A DNA stretch of 64,000 bases, taken from the NCBI RefSeq assembly GCF_006345805.1, contig NC_043000.1, forward strand, positions 21,452,001 to 21,516,000, in the 5' to 3' direction. The notes beneath the pieces are model-generated. The model had not been told where the DNA came from. It did not search any database and was given only the letters and a program-made list of their open reading frames with translations. Numbering within the stretch: the first letter of the stretch is position 1; each line of letters opens with the position of its first letter. The position numbers and the translations under genes were made by a program. This stretch comes from Octopus sinensis. Taxonomy: Eukaryota. Shown here piece after piece: positions 1 to 64,000 of the stretch.

Positions 1-601
1 TAGAAGATGCATGCCCAAGGTGCCACACAGTGGGACTGAACCTGGAACCATGTGGTTGGTAAGCAAGCTACTTACCACACAGCCACTCCTATGCCTACGG
101 GTCTGTGCAAATTCTTCATCATTTGACAATTTCCTGTTTCCCAGGAAATCAGACTTGGTCTTTTGGATAATATTCACATCAGAAGGCAGCCATGAGGTCT
201 TCGATATCATTGCAGTAAACAAAATCATCCTCCATGCTGAAGAATAGAAGCAAATCATTCTTTCAATGCCTATAAAAGTGAACTTGGTTCCCAATGCAAT
301 GTATGTATTTTGTTCATGGGGGGGGGTGCCTCTACGTGGTCTCTAGATTTGCTAGAAATAGCAGCCAGTTCTCCTTGAAATCACAAGTAGTCATAGGTAT
401 ACTCTTAAAAAAAGATGGAGGTGGGGAGTCAGAGTTGGAATGTCTTTGTTTCTATTGAAGGCTTGTTTGACTGATGTTGACTTGAGGTGAAACAACAGTA
501 TTGAGAATATCCTGTGTAAAAAACAACTTTTATTTTCAAGAACATTTAGATTCTCTTTCAGAAAGGAACCATCACCGAAAGGAGTCACTACACAGCAACA
601 C

Positions 602-685
602 TGTCATCGTTGTCATCATCATCCTCATCATTTACATCCTTCTCCTCAACCTCATCCACCTCCTCAACCTCAACCACCTCCTCAC

Positions 686-772
<87 letters not shown>

Positions 773-994
773 CATCACTGACTTCATCTACATCCTCCTC
801 CTCCTCCTCACCATCATCATCATCATCATCACTGACATCATCTACATCCTCCTCCTCCACCTCTACCTCATCCTTCTCCTCACCATCATCATCATCATCA
901 CTGACATCATCTACATCCTCCTCCTCACCATCATCATCATCATTATCACCATCATCATCATCATTATCACCATCATCATCACCATCATCATCAC

Positions 995-1025
<31 letters not shown>

Positions 1026-1050
1026 TTTATCATCATGATGTTCATCATCA
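602..1050. repeat. (TCA/TCC)n compound microsatellite with higher-order units
   Basis: tcactgac(a/t)tcatctacatcctcctcc occurs three times within (TCA)n. Confidence 0.9.
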
Positions 1051-1097
1051 ATATTTACTGTCATATTTTATTTAAATATATTTTCGTTCTGCTCTAG

Positions 1098-61706
<60,609 letters not shown>

Positions 61707-62669
61707 GTAAGTTGTATTGGAATCATTCAAAGGGTTAAATTTTTTAATTGGGTCAAAATCAATTGATCCCCACCCACTCAATCAAGGGGGCTATTCCATT
61801 TTCTTTTCTTGTCTTGCCAAATTATTGGGCAGTGTCATTCATGCTGGTACCACATAAAAAGCATCCAGTCCACATCATAAAATGGTTACCATTAGGAGGA
61901 GGGGCACTCAGCTGTAGAAACCCTTGCCAAATCTGGTGGTGGAGGAGGAGGGGAGGGGAGGGGGAGGGGAGGGGCGGGGGGAGGGGGGAGGGGCGGGGGG
62001 AGGGGAGGGGCGGGGGGAGGGGAGGGGAGGGGGAGGGGCGGTGGGGAGGGGGCGGAGGAGGAGGATAACAACAATACCAGATTATTTCTGTATCAGTATC
62101 TGTAGTATCTATTACATAAGGGCAATGCTGCTAAAGAAATCATTATTTCAATGAAAACCTCTCCAGTGTTCAACAAACCATAAAAAAGAAAAAACGCCTT
62201 TTTATGGTTGCTCAATAACAAATCACTCATGGACATACTTATAAAATCAATATACAGTACAGCACCCATGACTTCCAGAAACACACATTTTTTCTATGCT
62301 AAGAATTGTTATTGGGCTAAACTACTCAGTTTAGTCGTTGGCTGTCAGATGACAGCATCATTCAAAAATTCCATGCGTCTCTTCTGTGCACCTTTTCCTC
62401 TTTAGGGCTCTTTTCCTGTTCACTTTTATGTCATTTTGTCATTTATTCAGTGAAATCTTGTGGTGTAGTGGTTAGGGTATTTGGCACACAGCGATAAAGC
62501 CATGAGTTTGATTCCCAGCAGACACTATATTTGAGCAGAACACTTTATTTCACGTTGCTCCAGTAAACTCAGCTGGCAAAAATGAGTTGTACATGTATTT
62601 CAAAGGGCCAGCCTTGTAACATCCTGTGTCAGGCTGAATCTCCTTGAGATCTACATTAAAGGTATGTTG

Positions 62670-63100
62670 CGAGCTGGGGTATTTCGGCTGCCGTAACGTT
62701 GTGAGTTCAAATTCCGCCGAGGTCGACTTTGCCTTTCATCCTTTCGGGGTCGATAAATTAAGCACCAGTTCCGCACTGGGGTCGATGTAATCGACTTAAT
62801 ACCTATGTCTGTCCTTGTTTGTCCCCTCTGTGTTTAGCCCCTTGTGGGTAATAAAGAAATAGGTATGTTGCAAGCTGGCAGCAACGTTAGCACACTGGGC
62901 GAAATGCTTAGCGGTATTTCATGCGCTGCTGCATCCTGAGTTCAAATTCCGCCGAGGTCGACTTAGCCTGTCATCCTTTTGGGGTCGATAAATTAAGTAC
63001 CAGCTATGCACTGGGTTCGATATAATCGACTTAATTCGTCTGTCTGTTCTTGTTTGTCTCCTCTGTGTTTAGCCCCTTGTGGGCAGTAAAGAAATAGGTA
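62670..63100 (+). mobile_element. Dimer of SINE family B nested in another SINE
   Basis: Two consecutive units; aggtatg recurs at the junctions. Confidence 0.85.
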
Positions 63101-63218
63101 TATGTGTCTGTGGACTACTCACTCACTTGCATGTTAATTTCATGTGCAGGCTGTTCTGTTGATTGGTTTGACTGGAACCCTCATCGTCATAACCATCAGT
63201 GCCAGTTAGGTTTTATCT

Positions 63219-63447
63219 CTCTCTTTTACTTGTTTCAGTCATTTGACTGCGACCATACTGGAGCACTGCCTTTAGTCGAGCAAATCAACCCCAGGACTTA
63301 TTCGTTGTAAGCCTAGTACTTATTCTGTCGGTCTCTTCTTCCAAACCACTAAGCTACAGGGACGTAAACACACCAGCATCGGTTGTCAAGCGATATAGGG
63401 GTGACAAACACAGACACACAAACACACACACACACACACACACACTC

Positions 63448-63479
<32 letters not shown>

Positions 63480-63642
63480 GGCGGGCTTCTTTCAGTTTCC
63501 GTCAACCAAATCCACTTACAAGCTTTGGTTGGCCCAAGGCTATAGTAGAAGACACTTGCCCAAGGTGCCATGCAGTGGGACTGAACCCAGAACCATGTGG
63601 TTGGTAAGCAAGCTACTTACCACACAGACACTCCTACGCCTA
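63219..63642 (-). mobile_element. SINE family A
   Basis: Reverse complement collinear with 37883-38280. Confidence 0.9.
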
Positions 63643-63966
63643 TGATCTATGTATGATGCATGTACTTTTAGCTTTCATTACTGTCTTTCTTTACTTGACT
63701 CAGCTTTCTGTCACTCTTGTACATTTCCCAATGTGTTGTAGTACACCTGAGCACTGTATACAATAAGATCATTATTATCATCAACTCTTCTACAATATAA
63801 ACTAAACAGAAGAGACACAGGGTCTCATCCATAGCAGATCACAGTACCCATGATGGCATGAAATCTTACAATTCATCAACAAAGTCTCCAACTTGTTATC
63901 AACTTAACAATTGTAACTGAACAGGTCTAAATTAAACTGGGTTGGTTGTAATTATTATAATAATAA

Positions 63967-64000
63967 TCTATATATATAAAACTGTAGTTGTGTGAGCGTC
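63967..64000 (+). mobile_element. 5' end of a probable third Helitron
   Basis: A|TCtatatatataaaactgtagttgtgtg resembles the 5' ends at 49444 and 57414. Confidence 0.5.

Noticed and set aside
501-1097. Long ORFs (poly-I, poly-S, poly-D/E) on both strands
   Set aside because: Translations of a (TCA/TCC)n microsatellite. There is an acceptor-like site at 561 but no usable donor in the Ser-rich frame.

Overview
AT-rich, microsatellite-dense animal genomic DNA. The SINE repertoire looks like an octopus/coleoid cephalopod (recognition only, not verified). The whole window lies inside one plus-strand multi-exon gene. I can join 30 exons (1098-61706, 5363 nt, 1787 full codons) with consistent splice phases into a stop-free protein: a Ser/Asn/Glu-rich repetitive N-terminal part followed by roughly a dozen fibronectin type III-like domains. 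The gene runs off the right end, and possibly the left. The model needs a 10-nt microexon (8573-8582) and a GC-AG intron (51698-53768). Introns are filled with tRNA-derived SINEs, CR1/RTE/R4-Dong/L1-like LINE fragments, Helitrons, and piggyBac/hAT/Merlin/Ginger-like MITEs. Most notable are five unrelated intronic insertions carrying minimal type I hammerhead ribozyme motifs (about 6.4, 14.7/15.1, 20.4, 41.0 and 43.8 kb), mostly in inverted or duplicated architectures like those of Penelope-like elements. One is a tRNA-headed SINE fused to a hammerhead, inserted as a head-to-head pair inside a 13-bp duplication. Most ORFs in the supplied track are microsatellite or SINE artefacts. All coordinates were counted by hand; repeat boundaries are approximate.
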